From assembly GCF_001194135.2 (NCBI RefSeq), contig NC_068984.1:139862038-139912683 (forward strand): a stretch of DNA of 50,646 bases. Reading direction: 5' to 3'. This DNA comes from Octopus bimaculoides (Eukaryota). This document shows, in pieces, positions 12,598-24,580 of the stretch. Made by a program: the position numbers and the translations under genes. The stretch's first letter is position 1, and the number at the start of each line of letters is the position of its first letter. The notes under the pieces were generated by a model. The model did not search any database and was not told where the DNA came from. It worked only from the letters and a program-made list of their open reading frames with translations.

Positions 12598-13240
12598 TGT
12601 GGCTTTGAATTCCATTACTAAAGATATATCTCACTAATTGCATAGTTGACTCCCTGACAACCTCAATGTTACTTTTCTTTGTCTACTTATCTGTTTTGTC
12701 GGACAAATGATTGATTTATACATTTCGATTTATATAATTGTACATTGTCTCAATATTTTCAATTAATCTCGTTTGATGGTCTTTTTTTTCAAGAGCTCCA
12801 ACGCATTTTGTAAGCACACACACACACACACTCCCACAAACACACATACATACACAAACGCATACGTACATATATACATACATACATTCATACATATGCA
12901 TAAGTTTTTTGAATTTCCGTACAACATAAATTCTTGATTTGGTAAAAATACTTTGGTCTCTAGAGGATGAACATTACCAAATGGCAATTAAAACCAGCAC
13001 CACTTGCCAGAAGGAAATAATCTTAAAAATCAACAATTGTCTAAGGTTGACAGGCCATTAAAAAAGTGGCTAGACCTATTGTTGAGAGATGAGTCAACAA
13101 TCGTGGACAAGTGTTTCGTCCTCAATAGCTGTCATCGGTGCACAACTCTCCTAACCTAAGTCCCGCAAACACTGAGCATCAATAGTTACAAAACGGTTTC
13201 AAGACATCAATGGGCAATGGACACGGTACGTTATATATAT

Positions 13241-13402
13241 AGGCGCAGGTGTGGCTGTGTGGTAAGTAGCTTGCTTACCAACCACATGGTTCTGGGTCCA
13301 GTCCCACTGCGTGGCACCTTGGGCGAGTGTCTTCTACTACAGCCTCGGGCCGACCAAAGCCTTGTGAGTGAATTTGGTAGACGGAAACTGAAAGAAGCCC
13401 GT

Positions 13403-13457
<55 letters not shown>

Positions 13458-13640
13458 TTATATGCGTGTGTGTCTTTGTGTCTGCGTTTGTCTCCCCACG
13501 ATCTCTCATATACCCATAACCTAGCGGTTCGGCAAAAGAGTCCGATAGAATAAGCGTACAAAGGTTTACAAAGAATAAGTCCTGGTGTCGATTTCTTCCA
13601 CCAAAAGATCTTCAAGGTGGTGCTCCAGCGTTGCCGCATT
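13241..13640 (+). mobile_element. SINE family B, nearly complete
   Basis: Head AGGCGCAGGTGTGGCTGTGTGGTAAG, central GTGGCACCTTGGGCGAGTG, internal (TA)n(TG)n, 3' part CCGATAGAATAAG...GGTGCTCCAGC. Confidence 0.9.
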
Positions 13641-14739
13641 CATGTGATTGTAACATATACAAGAAAAGTTGTCCTGTCTAAACATGACCACATTATTGCT
13701 AAACAATTGCCGATTCATAATTAATTCTTGTATATGCATGGCCGAAGAGAAATAAGGTTTGCTCACAAAATGGTGTTCATAAAAGACTGGACATTCGTCA
13801 CTTCGATTAGTGAGGTTCAGCTCTATAATATTCTCAAGATTTGTAGAAAACCAACATCACCTTATGTTTGCCTGCGTGCAAAGTCAATACTGAAGACTTC
13901 CACAAGCATTCTCTACCTGTCCCCATCGATTCTTTCTTTCCCTATTGCTATTGGACTTATGAAGAAAGGGTAATGATGTCCAAGATGGCGTCTTGGTTTT
14001 CTGAACAACCTGCACGATGGCTATTATTATAGTGAGTATGGTTTATGCAGAGCCAGACTCTTTCTATCGTCCTTCAAACAATAAAAGTCTGAAGGACACA
14101 AGGTTATTGTTTGTATTTTTTATCTAGTGTTGTCTGAATTCTGCAATGCACCACATTTATTTACAATGTATAATTGGTAGAACGGAAACGTGAACCGATC
14201 TTACCGAATCCTACAGACAAGTTGTTATTTTATGCAATTCGTTTAAAGTCAACAAGATATCTTCCTATTACAACTAGTCGTCAGCATGTTGTGAGACGCA
14301 ATTTTCAATGCCGGATGGATTTATGAAAAACTGCCACGAGTTTGGAAATTGAAATATTTGCCTTAAGGTTATGTATTCTCTCCATCAAAACGCTGATCAA
14401 TAATTTTCAGAAAATTGTATTGTAGAAAGAGCGGATGATTTGAGAGACATTCCACCCTCGAGTAAATTTCATTGAGGAATGACAGCTGTATATATTAATG
14501 TGGGGAAAGTTTAAAACTTCATTTTTTAAAACTAAAGTCTACTAAACCGACCGGTTATTTGCTTAGAATATTAATGTAATACTATTCTAATGTTACACCA
14601 AATTTATTATTAGTTCTTTTTTTTGAAACACGAGAAGAACAGCAGTAACAACGATTATTGCAACATTTTCAATGACACAGACAGGGACACCAACATCAAC
14701 AACGAAAGCGAAAGCATCTGCAGCAACAACAACAACAAC

Positions 14740-14860
14740 AAATATCGACAGCAAAGCATTTGGCGTGGGGACGATACCAAGTGCAGGTTATGTTTTGCTG
14801 GGAGACTGCGATATCGACCCGGTATTCTCGTCCTACCTAAACAAAAAGTGTCACGCCTGA
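14740..14860 (+). mobile_element. Possible highly degenerate R4/Dong-type LINE zinc-knuckle remnant
   Basis: KYRQQSIWRGDDTKCRLC followed, with a frameshift, by DIDPVFSS resembles ..CRLC..ETIDH..S.C; it starts at an (AAC)n run. Confidence 0.35.
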
Positions 14861-15160
14861 TACAGGCAAAATATCTTATGAAATTAAATGGGAGAGTACA
14901 AATAGCCCTCCCATCGGGGTATATGGCAGCAACAGCACCACGGATGGTGCGTCGGTTAAACACTGAAGCGTATTAGCAGTGACATATACTCAGGTGAAAA
15001 TAGCCTGAAAGAAATATGGTAGATAATGTCACCAGGGCAAGACAGTGCGGGAGCATGGTGATAGACTTCAAGGGCGAAACCTTTCAACGGAAGAACTACA
15101 TGCTGTACGTGTAGGACTGTGAATTACCATTCCACCCAAGGTGGAGGATCTGTCGCATAA

Positions 15161-15163
<3 letters not shown>

Positions 15164-15219
<56 letters not shown>
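15164..15219. repeat. (GA)n microsatellite
   Basis: Pure dinucleotide array. Confidence 0.95.
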
Positions 15220-15402
15220 AACACGTGTTGGGCGTATGATGATTGTTGTTGACAGTGACTTCCTCCTCGAAGTGAAACGAACGGCGTGGAGGATTTGGTC
15301 TAGCACCGCAGCAGAGAACACCGCCACATCAAAACAGAAGGATGGAAAATGTTCCAGAAATAAAATGATTAATCTATCTCAAATAATATATATATATCAT
15401 TT

Positions 15403-15670
15403 GTCTTAACATCCCTATTGTATTCCTGTGAAACTTGGACCTGTTATGAAAGGCATTTTAAAATGTTAGAAAAATTCCACCAAAAATGCCTTCGTCATAT
15501 TTTAAGAATTAAATGGAATTCTTTTACTCCAAACACAGATATCCTTGCATCTGCAGGCATCCCCTCAATTAAAGCCATGATTTTGAGGAACCAATTGAGA
15601 TGGTGTGGCCATATTGTTCGAATGGCAGATGAACGCATGCCGAAACAGCTGTTTTATGGTGAGCTTGCAG
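15403..15670 (+). mobile_element. RTE-clade LINE ORF fragment (region C-terminal to RT), cut by a gap
   Basis: VLTSLLYSCETW...FHQKCLRHILRIKW...LRWCGHIVRMADERMPKQLFYGEL; LLYxxETW, CLRxIL and LRWxGHxxRM are characteristic RTE motifs. Confidence 0.9.
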
Positions 15671-16590
15671 NNNNNNNNNNNNNNNNNNNNNNNNNNNNNN
15701 NNNNNNNNNNNNNNNNNNNNNNNNNNNNNNNNNNNNNNNNNNNNNNNNNNNNNNNNNNNNNNNNNNNNNNNNNNNNNNNNNNNNNNNNNNNNNNNNNNNN
15801 NNNNNNNNNNNNNNNNNNNNNNNNNNNNNNNNNNNNNNNNNNNNNNNNNNNNNNNNNNNNNNNNNNNNNNNNNNNNNNNNNNNNNNNNNNNNNNNNNNNN
15901 NNNNNNNNNNNNNNNNNNNNNNNNNNNNNNNNNNNNNNNNNNNNNNNNNNNNNNNNNNNNNNNNNNNNNNNNNNNNNNNNNNNNNNNNNNNNNNNNNNNN
16001 NNNNNNNNNNNNNNNNNNNNNNNNNNNNNNNNNNNNNNNNNNNNNNNNNNNNNNNNNNNNNNNNNNNNNNNNNNNNNNNNNNNNNNNNNNNNNNNNNNNN
16101 NNNNNNNNNNNNNNNNNNNNNNNNNNNNNNNNNNNNNNNNNNNNNNNNNNNNNNNNNNNNNNNNNNNNNNNNNNNNNNNNNNNNNNNNNNNNNNNNNNNN
16201 NNNNNNNNNNNNNNNNNNNNNNNNNNNNNNNNNNNNNNNNNNNNNNNNNNNNNNNNNNNNNNNNNNNNNNNNNNNNNNNNNNNNNNNNNNNNNNNNNNNN
16301 NNNNNNNNNNNNNNNNNNNNNNNNNNNNNNNNNNNNNNNNNNNNNNNNNNNNNNNNNNNNNNNNNNNNNNNNNNNNNNNNNNNNNNNNNNNNNNNNNNNN
16401 NNNNNNNNNNNNNNNNNNNNNNNNNNNNNNNNNNNNNNNNNNNNNNNNNNNNNNNNNNNNNNNNNNNNNNNNNNNNNNNNNNNNNNNNNNNNNNNNNNNN
16501 NNNNNNNNNNNNNNNNNNNNNNNNNNNNNNNNNNNNNNNNNNNNNNNNNNNNNNNNNNNNNNNNNNNNNNNNNNNNNNNNNNNNNNNNNN

Positions 16591-16625
<35 letters not shown>

Positions 16626-17310
16626 ACATATTATACATACGTGTATGTATCTATGTATGTCTATATACATATATGCGTTGTCATATTACCTACTTATAAA
16701 TTTATACGCGTGTATAGGTAGCTAAGAATCTAACTAGATACAGTTTACAAGTTTACAAGAGAGAGCAAAGAGCGAAGGCAACAACAAGATCAGGTAAAAG
16801 AACGTGTCTATTGTTAATTAACACGAAATTTGATCTGAAAGACAAAAACAGTAGATCGACAATGATTCCCATCGGTGAATCCTATCAATTCAGCTTCTAA
16901 TTTGCAGTTGTTAGCACATTGAGTTAATTATAATCTTGCTTTGTATCTTTCTCGTTTTCACCTAGCAATGTAAAATTAAAGATGATCATATAAATATTCA
17001 TAAAGCGTTACAGTGTGAGATCTGTTGTTCTACTTATTGTTTAGACTAATTGCATTTAATGCCTGAAACGCTACGAATCGTAATCAAAAATTTGCCATTC
17101 TATATCACTCATACCATTTATTCACTGTACAATTTCGGTAATTAAAAATTAGTATAATTACATTTAAAGATATCTGCATATTATTAGAGATATTAGTACA
17201 TTCTTTTCATTGGTAAGAGTTTAAATCTTTTATAAAAGATTACATAACGGTTGGATAATTCACAAAATCTGATTACATAGTCTTTAAGGAGGTTTGATGT
17301 AACAATTACA

Positions 17311-17530
17311 AGGATGGCGAGATGACAAAATCGTTAGCACGCCAAGCAAAGACGCTTAACGGCACTTCTCCTGTCTTTACGTTCTGAGATCAAATTTCAC
17401 CGTGGTCAACTTTGCTTTTAACTATAGATTTCAGAAGACCAATGCCTTGTGAGTAAACTTGGTAGACGGAAGCTGTCTTATGTGTGTGTGTGTGTGTGTT
17501 TGTTTGTGTCTGCTTTTCTATCTATCTCTT
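17311..17530 (+). mobile_element. Degenerate family A head (17311-17419) abutting a family B central fragment (17434-17530)
   Basis: A-type head and B-box, then GACCAATGCCTTGTGAGTAAACTTGGTAGACGGAAGCTG plus (TG)n. Confidence 0.65.
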
Positions 17531-17584
17531 TATTAGTGTGTATAGATAGAGAAATCGATGCATCTAGATACCAGACGCACACAC

Positions 17585-17786
17585 GTTCCTGGTGTTGGGT
17601 AAAAGAAAATACAAGAGGATCTGTTAATTATGATTTTATTCAACATATTCCTCTCTGAGATTCACATGTTTATTGGAGTGGTCCATCAACTTTTCTAAGC
17701 TGTGTGAAAGATCTCAGAAGGTTGTACCTCCAACCAGGCTTTTCCGAACACCTTTAAGGCCAGGAATTTTTCAGCACCCTTTCGTA
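17585..17786 (-). mobile_element. Mariner-derived non-autonomous element (MITE)
   Basis: One TIR (minus strand TACGAAAGGGTGCTGAAAAATTCCTGG) ends in TA/(TA)n; the partner TIR remnant is GTTCCTGG at 17585-17592. The minus strand encodes SLEKLMDHSNKHVNLREEYVE*, resembling the mariner C-terminus KL..RW.KC...GEYVE*. Confidence 0.75.
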
Positions 17787-18046
17787 TATATATATNNNNN
17801 NNNNNNNNNNNNNNNNNNNNNNNNNNNNNNNNNNNNNNNNNNNNNNNNNNNNNNNNNNNNNNNNNNNNNNNNNNNNNNNNNNNNNNNNNNNNNNNNNNNN
17901 NNNNNNNNNNNNNNNNNNNNNNNNNNNNNNNNNNNNNNNNNNNNNNNNNNNNNNNNNNNNNNNNNNNNNNNNNNNNNNNNNNNNNNNNNNNNNNNNNNNN
18001 NNNNNNNNNNNNNNNNNNNNNNNNNNNNNNNNNNNNNNNNNNNNNN

Positions 18047-18082
<36 letters not shown>

Positions 18083-18602
18083 TATTATATTATATAGACA
18101 CACCAACATACATACATACACACGTATACAGACACATACAAACGTACATACACAAATCAATAATAAAAAACAATGGAAGACAAGTAAACTGAATGAGACG
18201 AACATAGGGTATATATCAGACCGAGAAAGAGAGCAAGAGAGAGAGACAACATTTATTGGAAGATTTTTAGGTCAGATAGGTTTGTTGCGGATATGCAGAT
18301 AAACCATCCTAGGTATATTGATTGTCACTAACAAGCCCGCTAGTGCCTCCTGTAACCAATAAAACAGTTCTAGATGGCTTCAAAGATGTTACAAGGAAAA
18401 CACTTTCACACTTGGGAACTCAACAATATATCAGTTGGACGGTTTGTGAAATGAAATAGAATGGATGTGTGGAATATATACCAAAATGCATAAAAATTAT
18501 ATGTTGTATGAAAAATTATACAATTATGTTAAAAATATATCTGACGTTCTAAAATCGAAAAATATCGGTTGTGTTTTAAAGAGCTATCGCTGCAGTACAT
18601 TA

Positions 18603-18802
18603 GTTTCAAATTTTGGCACAAGAGCAGCAATTTCAGAAGAGGGGTAAATCAGTTACATCGACGCCGGTGCTCAGCTGGTAATTATTTTATCGAACTGGAA
18701 AAGATGAAAGGCAAATCGACCTAGGCAGAGTCTGAACTCCGAAAGTAAAGCCGAAATGCCGCTAAACATTTTGCCTGGCGTGCTAACGATTCTGCCACCT
18801 CG
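18603..18802 (-). mobile_element. Family A SINE, older subfamily (tail TTGTGCCAAAATTTGAAAC)
   Basis: Diverged head and core plus an alternative tail. Confidence 0.8.
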
Positions 18803-19309
18803 ACATCATAGATTGACAGTATATTATGTATCTTCTTGTATTTTTGTTCTTTTTCTTAATATTTTATAATTCACTACATCTACAGAGTGCGGCAGAAACG
18901 TTGCTCCGATTTCAAATGTTAATAAAAAACAAACACATGTAGATAAAATAAGAAACGATGCTTTGTACTCCAGACCACGGTAGATACTAACCGAAGCAGA
19001 AACTAAAATGGCATTTAATGAACTTCATAGTCATATGAATTGCTTTCATGTTTCTTCGTGTGTTTGACGTTTTATTAATCTTTCAAATCTGGCCTACATT
19101 TCTGTCACAGCCTAAATAAAGAGATTTTCCCAGGACTTAAAGCCGCAACTTCTGACTTTTAAACAATACACATACGTTAAGCATGTGGTATTGGTAACGT
19201 TCACACTATTGAGTTAAAATTAGGAGTACAATATTTAGCAGTATCTCCCAGGTAAAATGTATAATGGTAGATTAAAGATTACAAGACACGATTAATGTTA
19301 AGTGTACAT

Positions 19310-19740
19310 AGGCGCAGCAGTGGCTGTGTGGTAAGAAACTTGCTTCCCAACCACATGGTTCCAAGTTCAGTTCCTCTGCGTGGCTTCTTAGACAAGGTTC
19401 TTCTACTGTGGCTTCGAGACGACCAAAACCTTGTGAGTGAATCTGGTTGACAGAAACTGAAAGAATCCCGTCGTGTGTGTGAAGTATGTATATATGTATA
19501 TATATATACATGTATGTCTGTATTATGTATGCACCTATATGTATGTATTTGTGTGTCTGCTTTTTTTTCTCTCCCCACCATCGCTTGACAACCAGTGGGA
19601 GCGGTTCGGCAATAGACACCGATAAAATAAGTACTAGTCTTACGAAGTGGGTGGGCGGGGGTCAATTCATTCGACTGAAAGTCGGAGCTCCAGCATGACC
19701 GCAGTTAAATGACTGAAACGAGTAAGAGAAAAAGAATAAA
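19310..19740 (+). mobile_element. SINE family B, complete
   Basis: Head, core, internal microsatellite and tail GCTCCAGCATGACCGCAGTTAAATGACTGAAAC. Confidence 0.88.
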
Positions 19741-19873
19741 TACGCAGAATTGTTAACTGTTAGGCTGTACGATTGTTATTTCTATTCATGAAAACGTCTG
19801 CGTTATAATTGCTGTTGGAACTAGTTATAGCAGCAAAAATAGCGTTCGCTTACCGCATTATCATATTAAAGCC

Positions 19874-20343
19874 TCTTTTACTCTTTTATTTGTTTCAGTC
19901 ATTTGACTGTGGCCATGCTGGAGCACCGCCTTTAGCCGGGCAGATCAACCCCAGTGCTTATTCTATCGGTCTGTTTTGCCGAACCGCTAAGTTACGGGGA
20001 CGTAAACACACCAGCATCGGTTGTCAAGCGATGTTGGGAGGACAAACACAGGCACACAAGCATATACACACACATACATATACATACATACATATATATN
20101 NNNNNNNNNNNNNNNNNNNNNNNNNNNNNNNNNNNNNNNNNNNNNNNNNNNNNNATATATATATATATATATACATATACGACGGTCTTCTTCCAGTTTC
20201 CGTCTACCAAATCCACTCACAAGGCTTTGGTCGGCCCGAGGCTATAGTAGAAGACATTTGCCCAAGGTGCCACGCAGAGGGACTGAACTCGGGACCATGT
20301 GGTTGGTAAGCAAGCTACTTACCACACAGCTACTCCTGCGCCT
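19874..20343 (-). mobile_element. SINE family B, complete, with a gap in the internal (TA)n
   Basis: Reverse complement of the same architecture; near consensus. Confidence 0.9.
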
Positions 20344-20752
20344 ACAAAAGTAAGATTTCCTATCCGTGTCGGACTCGAACCCACATCTCTTTGTTAACGC
20401 AACTAAGTGTTTTTCCTGTAAATTTTTTTTTTTTAATAGAATTAATTTGTTAAGGTTATTCCTACTGAAATCATATCCAAAACTGATATTTTTTGCTGTG
20501 TATGCTTTTAAAAACATTTAATATACTAGGCATATTGTGGTTGCATAACGAAGTAACACGTGCCTACAAGCCATTAATCTTAGATATGTGTATGAAGTTT
20601 AAGAAGCCACTGACAGTATAAAACTAAATATTTAGGTTAAGTGCTGCAACTTGCCATAAAATAAGTTTGTTAACGTGTTTTGACGTTTGGTAACACGTGT
20701 AAGTGTAGTTTATCTGTGAAATCAGATGAGCGCTATAATAACGAATGCTTTG

Positions 20753-20855
20753 GAAGAAGAAGAAGAAGAAGAAGAAGAAGAAGAAGAAGAAGAAGAAGAA
20801 GAAGAAGAAGANNNNNNNNNNAGAAGAAGAACAACAACAACAACAACAACAACAA
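20753..20855. repeat. (GAA)n/(CAA)n microsatellite
   Basis: Trinucleotide arrays around a 10-N gap. Confidence 0.95.
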
Positions 20856-20859
20856 AAAT

Positions 20860-21365
20860 GATTATAAAAATCAAAGCCTCCCCTCCAGAAATTACCAACA
20901 ATACGTAATGAAAAGAAATACAAGCAACTGCAGAATATGTAGAAATGGAGAAGAAACAATAAATTATATTGTCTCTGGCTGTCCAGTCTTGGCTAAAAAG
21001 TAATATAATTCACAGACATGATAGAGTTCGGACCTATACACACTGGAAGGTATGCCAACACTATGGAATAACAGAAAAAGGGTCACAAAAAATGAGAAAG
21101 CAACCATACTCTGGGATATGCCAATACACACAAGTAGAGGAATTAAGGCCAATAGGCCGGATATAATTGACTGAGATCATCAAGAAGGAAAATGCTTTCT
21201 AATCGATGTCTCAACAGCAATGTTTCTCAAAAAGAAACGGAGAAACTTTCAAAATAGAAAGTTCTGGAAATAGAAGTAACTCGAATTTGGAGTCTAAAAT
21301 GAGAAAGAATTCCTATCTTAATGGGCGCATTAGGTATGATAAAAAAAAACATATTCAAACAAATA
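20860..21365 (+). mobile_element. R4/Dong-type non-LTR retrotransposon fragment (CCHC knuckle + restriction-like endonuclease), pseudogenised
   Basis: QSLPSRNYQQYVMK...CRICRNGEETINYIVSGCPVLAKK*..HRHDRV..HWKVCQHYG, then ILWD-like, NRPDI-like and MGALGMIKK motifs with stops and frameshifts. Confidence 0.85.
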
Positions 21366-21589
21366 GATGTTTTTTTTGCAAACAACTTTGACTTGCAAGT
21401 GCTACCAGCAGAAAGCTCAGCATACCGGAAGCTAGCAAGTGTATTGGGTCATCTGGAGAGATTGCGCACCATTTCGGTGCCTAACTCTCGACAGCATCAT
21501 TGCAGAAATGTCTGGTGGCACTACATGCCAAATGTCTGGTGGCATGCCACGCTACATTTTTGAGAGATATGCAGCAAGTCGTACTATTA

Positions 21590-22125
21590 GTTTCAAGTTT
21601 TGACACAAGGCCAGCAATTTCGAGGCTGAGGGTAAGCCGATCTCAGTACCCCACTGGTACCTAAAGGATGAAAGACAAAGTCGACCACGAGATAATTTGA
21701 ACTTAGAAAGTAAAGACGCACGAAATGCCGGTAAGCATTTAACACGGTGGGTTAAAGTTTCAGCCCCCACGTGGTACTTATTTTATCCACTCCGAAACGA
21801 CGAAAGGAAAAGTCGACCCTATTTGAACTCATAAATTTAAGTCGAACGAAATGCAGCCACGCATTTTATCCGAAAATTATTATGCCTGCTTGCTACTTTA
21901 GCAAGTAGTAAAACTGGTTTCAAATTTTGGCACAAGGCCAGCAATTTCGGGGAAGGGGCAAGTGTTTACAACGACCCCAGTGTTTAAATGGTACTTATTT
22001 TATTGACCCTGGAAGGATGAAAGGCAAAGTCGACCCGGCAGATTTTGAACTCAGGAAGATGAGATTGACGAAATACCGCTAAGCATTTAGCTCGACGCAC
22101 TAACGATTAAACCAGCTCACCGCCT
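21590..22125 (-). mobile_element. Cluster of three family A SINEs in the same orientation (~21590-21768, ~21769-21895, ~21917-22125)
   Basis: Three repeats of core and B-box; two carry the older CAAAATTTGAAAC-type tail. Confidence 0.8.
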
Positions 22126-22768
22126 GGAATAAGTAGTAACAATAATGAGATTAATCAAAGGCATAATTTTGGGTTTGCTCACAAGACGCCTCAATCTTGC
22201 TGACAGATTGCTCGTCTATATTTGCTAAGAGCAAAAAAGATAAAAAGAAAAAGCAATCCCTAACAACAGTTTTGCATCAGACTCTATAAGAAAAGAGTAA
22301 TGTCAGATATTACGCAATGCTAAATAATGGAGAGCCATGCTGAAGTGTTGTACACTCTATGAAGCAACGTCTAATATAACATGATAGAATATTAGAGAAA
22401 TGTAATGCAATGCCATGTTGAGTTAAATCACATATAATAATATTTGACTTGACTTCATTATTTTCATCTTATCTGTGCTGAATAACTTCCACTTTAAAAT
22501 TTCCTTTTATTAGAATTTTAGATCTTCCATTCATTATAATATTACAATGAAGATTCGAGGAATTTAATAGTACTTTCTGTTGCAATTGTCAATTAAGTAA
22601 AAGCACCATGTAAGAGAGAACATGTTGCATTAGCGTGTCTTGGCGAAAGGAAATATGCAACGTTTTCGAGAAGTTTCCATTAAGTATGCCTCTACCGAAA
22701 AACAGATTCCAAAAAGCAAAATTTAGAGTCAAACATTATGGTCTACTGTATTCTTGCATCTGTTATTC

Positions 22769-22804
22769 AAGGCGGAGAGCTGGCAGAATCGTTAGCACGC
22801 CGGG
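22769..22804 (+). mobile_element. Family A SINE head only, ending at a (CA)n(TA)n tract
   Basis: AAGGCGGAGAGCTGGCAGAATCGTTAGCACGCCGGG. Confidence 0.75.
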
Positions 22805-22818
22805 TGACATACACACAG

Positions 22819-22857
<39 letters not shown>

Positions 22858-22924
22858 CATTTGTCCGGCGTGCGAAGGGCTTTGTCAGCTTGCTGTATTC
22901 ATAATAATACTAAGCCTTACGACT

Positions 22925-23127
22925 ATAGGCACAAGACCTGAAATTTTGCGGGAGGGGACTAGTCTATTTAGACGACCCCAGTGTTTCACTGGTACTTATT
23001 TTGTCGACCCTGAAAGGATGAAAGGAAAAGTAGACTTCGGCAGAATTTGAACTCAGAACGTAAGGACGGACAAATGCCGTTAAGTATTTCATTTAGCGCG
23101 CTAACTATTCTGCCAGCACGCAGCCTT
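22925..23127 (-). mobile_element. Family A SINE
   Basis: Full head, core and tail on the minus strand. Confidence 0.85.
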
Positions 23128-23139
23128 TGCTTTCATGAT

Positions 23140-23378
23140 AAGGCGGAGGGCTGGCAGAATCGTTAGCACGCCCGGCGAACATGCTTAGCGGTATTTCGTC
23201 TATCGTTACGTTCTGAGTTCAAATTCCGCCGAGGTCGATTTTGCCTTTCATCCTTTCGGAGTCGATTAAATAAATACCAGTTACGCACTGGGGTCGATGT
23301 AATCGGCTTAATCCCTTTGTCTGTCGTTGGTTGCCCCCTCTATGTTTACTCCCTTGTAGGTAATAAAAAAATAGATAA
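23140..23378 (+). mobile_element. Family A SINE with a third tail type (TTAATCCCTTTGTCTGTC...CCCCTTGTAGGTAATAAA)
   Basis: Near-consensus head and core; the tail differs from other A copies. Confidence 0.87.
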
Positions 23379-23395
23379 TATTATTGATTTTCAAT

Positions 23396-23490
23396 TTAGG
23401 TGCGAGACCAAGAATTTTGGCCTGAATGGTTTAGTCGCTGCCATCGATTCCAGTACTTCACTCTTACTTTATTTTATTGACTCCATATCG
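23396..23490 (-). mobile_element. Degenerate family A 3' fragment
   Basis: Resembles the tail and ACTGGxxTCGAT core. Confidence 0.45.
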
Positions 23491-23599
23491 ATATCATGGG
23501 ATAGCTAGCAACTTTTTCTCATGCCCACATGTTCGTTAAACAAATCCGTCAAATTACCAGCTATCACCACGGCATATAATATTATTGTAAAGCGCCAAT

Positions 23600-23900
23600 A
23601 TGATACACAATGAACAAGAGTGGATATATGATGTTTCCGTCGAGTTTAGAACCTTCAACCAGATAATGTTGGAGGAGCTAGCAAGGCAACACTTACGAGA
23701 AACATGTGAGGATATAGGGGATTTTAGTTCTGGAGAGAAAGAGCTAGGCGCAGTTATGTTAGTGATAGGTCAAGTGGGGCTGGATGCAGCAAAGGTGGTG
23801 GAGATGAGGACAGACTGAGGTGTTTGTTATTACTTGAGCGGCAACAGCATTTGTTCAATCATATCCAAGGATTAAGAGTGACAGAAAAGTCAGGAGAAAG
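23600..23900 (-). mobile_element. Possible degenerate LINE apurinic-endonuclease remnant
   Basis: Minus-strand ...CCLASSSNIIWLKVLNSTETSYIHSCS loosely resembles CR1/L2-group APE (IWL...YIC..Y.SP); it contains stops. Confidence 0.3.
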
Positions 23901-24580
23901 GAAACAGCACATCTGTGGGTCACATGGAGGTGCGTAGTTGTCAATAACTCTCATTTAATTAGTATTTTTGGCAGAGCCTAGGAGTTATTTTACAATTAGA
24001 AAGTAAACATATGCAATTAATATTTCGTATGTGTATTTCGTGTGCAAGATTCTTGATGTGGATACGTGTGTTGAAAGAAATACAATTAAGCCTTGGGAGA
24101 GGCATTATGCCGGTAATAAACACACGCACTGGTTCAATCCTTTATTAATTTATATAGTTTTTTGTTAAATTATTTCATTGCAATCTTGCAATCTCTTCCG
24201 TAACTTGTCTCTCCACTTCCATTTATTTTGAATGTATGATCGGGCGTTGTTTCGAAACTGTTCGGTATGAGCATGTGAGTGTGTGCAAGCTCGTATGTGT
24301 GCACGCTCATATGTGCGCACGCACTTATGTGTTAGTGCTTATATGTAAGTATGTGCGTCCATATGCAATTAAATAAAATCGTTGTGACTTGATCGAAGCA
24401 TTGCGTTACGGAATTTAAATAATAAAACAGAAGAGACAAAGAGATCTCCTTACTATGCGGAAAGGAAGATGCTTAGGACGTTTTATGTATTTCAGGCACA
24501 ACAACCAACATGGCTGGATCTGTACAGACTAACATTGCTTCACTGTTTACTTTTGTGCCTGAAGCATATAAAGGGTTTTT

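Noticed and set aside
13780-14030. Possible degenerate RT (VFSIDFAR resembling LDFSKAFD), minus strand
   Set aside because: A single weak motif among many stops; needs a profile-HMM search.
14255-14292. CAACATGCTGACGA-CTA/TAG-GAAG on the minus strand resembling the 42.4-kb motif
   Set aside because: GAAG instead of GAAA, wrong closing pair, no helix III; may be chance.
21395-21550. GC-richer segment with a 15-bp tandem duplication (AAATGTCTGGTGGCA) after the Dong fragment
   Set aside because: No frame gives a recognisable motif; probably an unidentified TE scrap.
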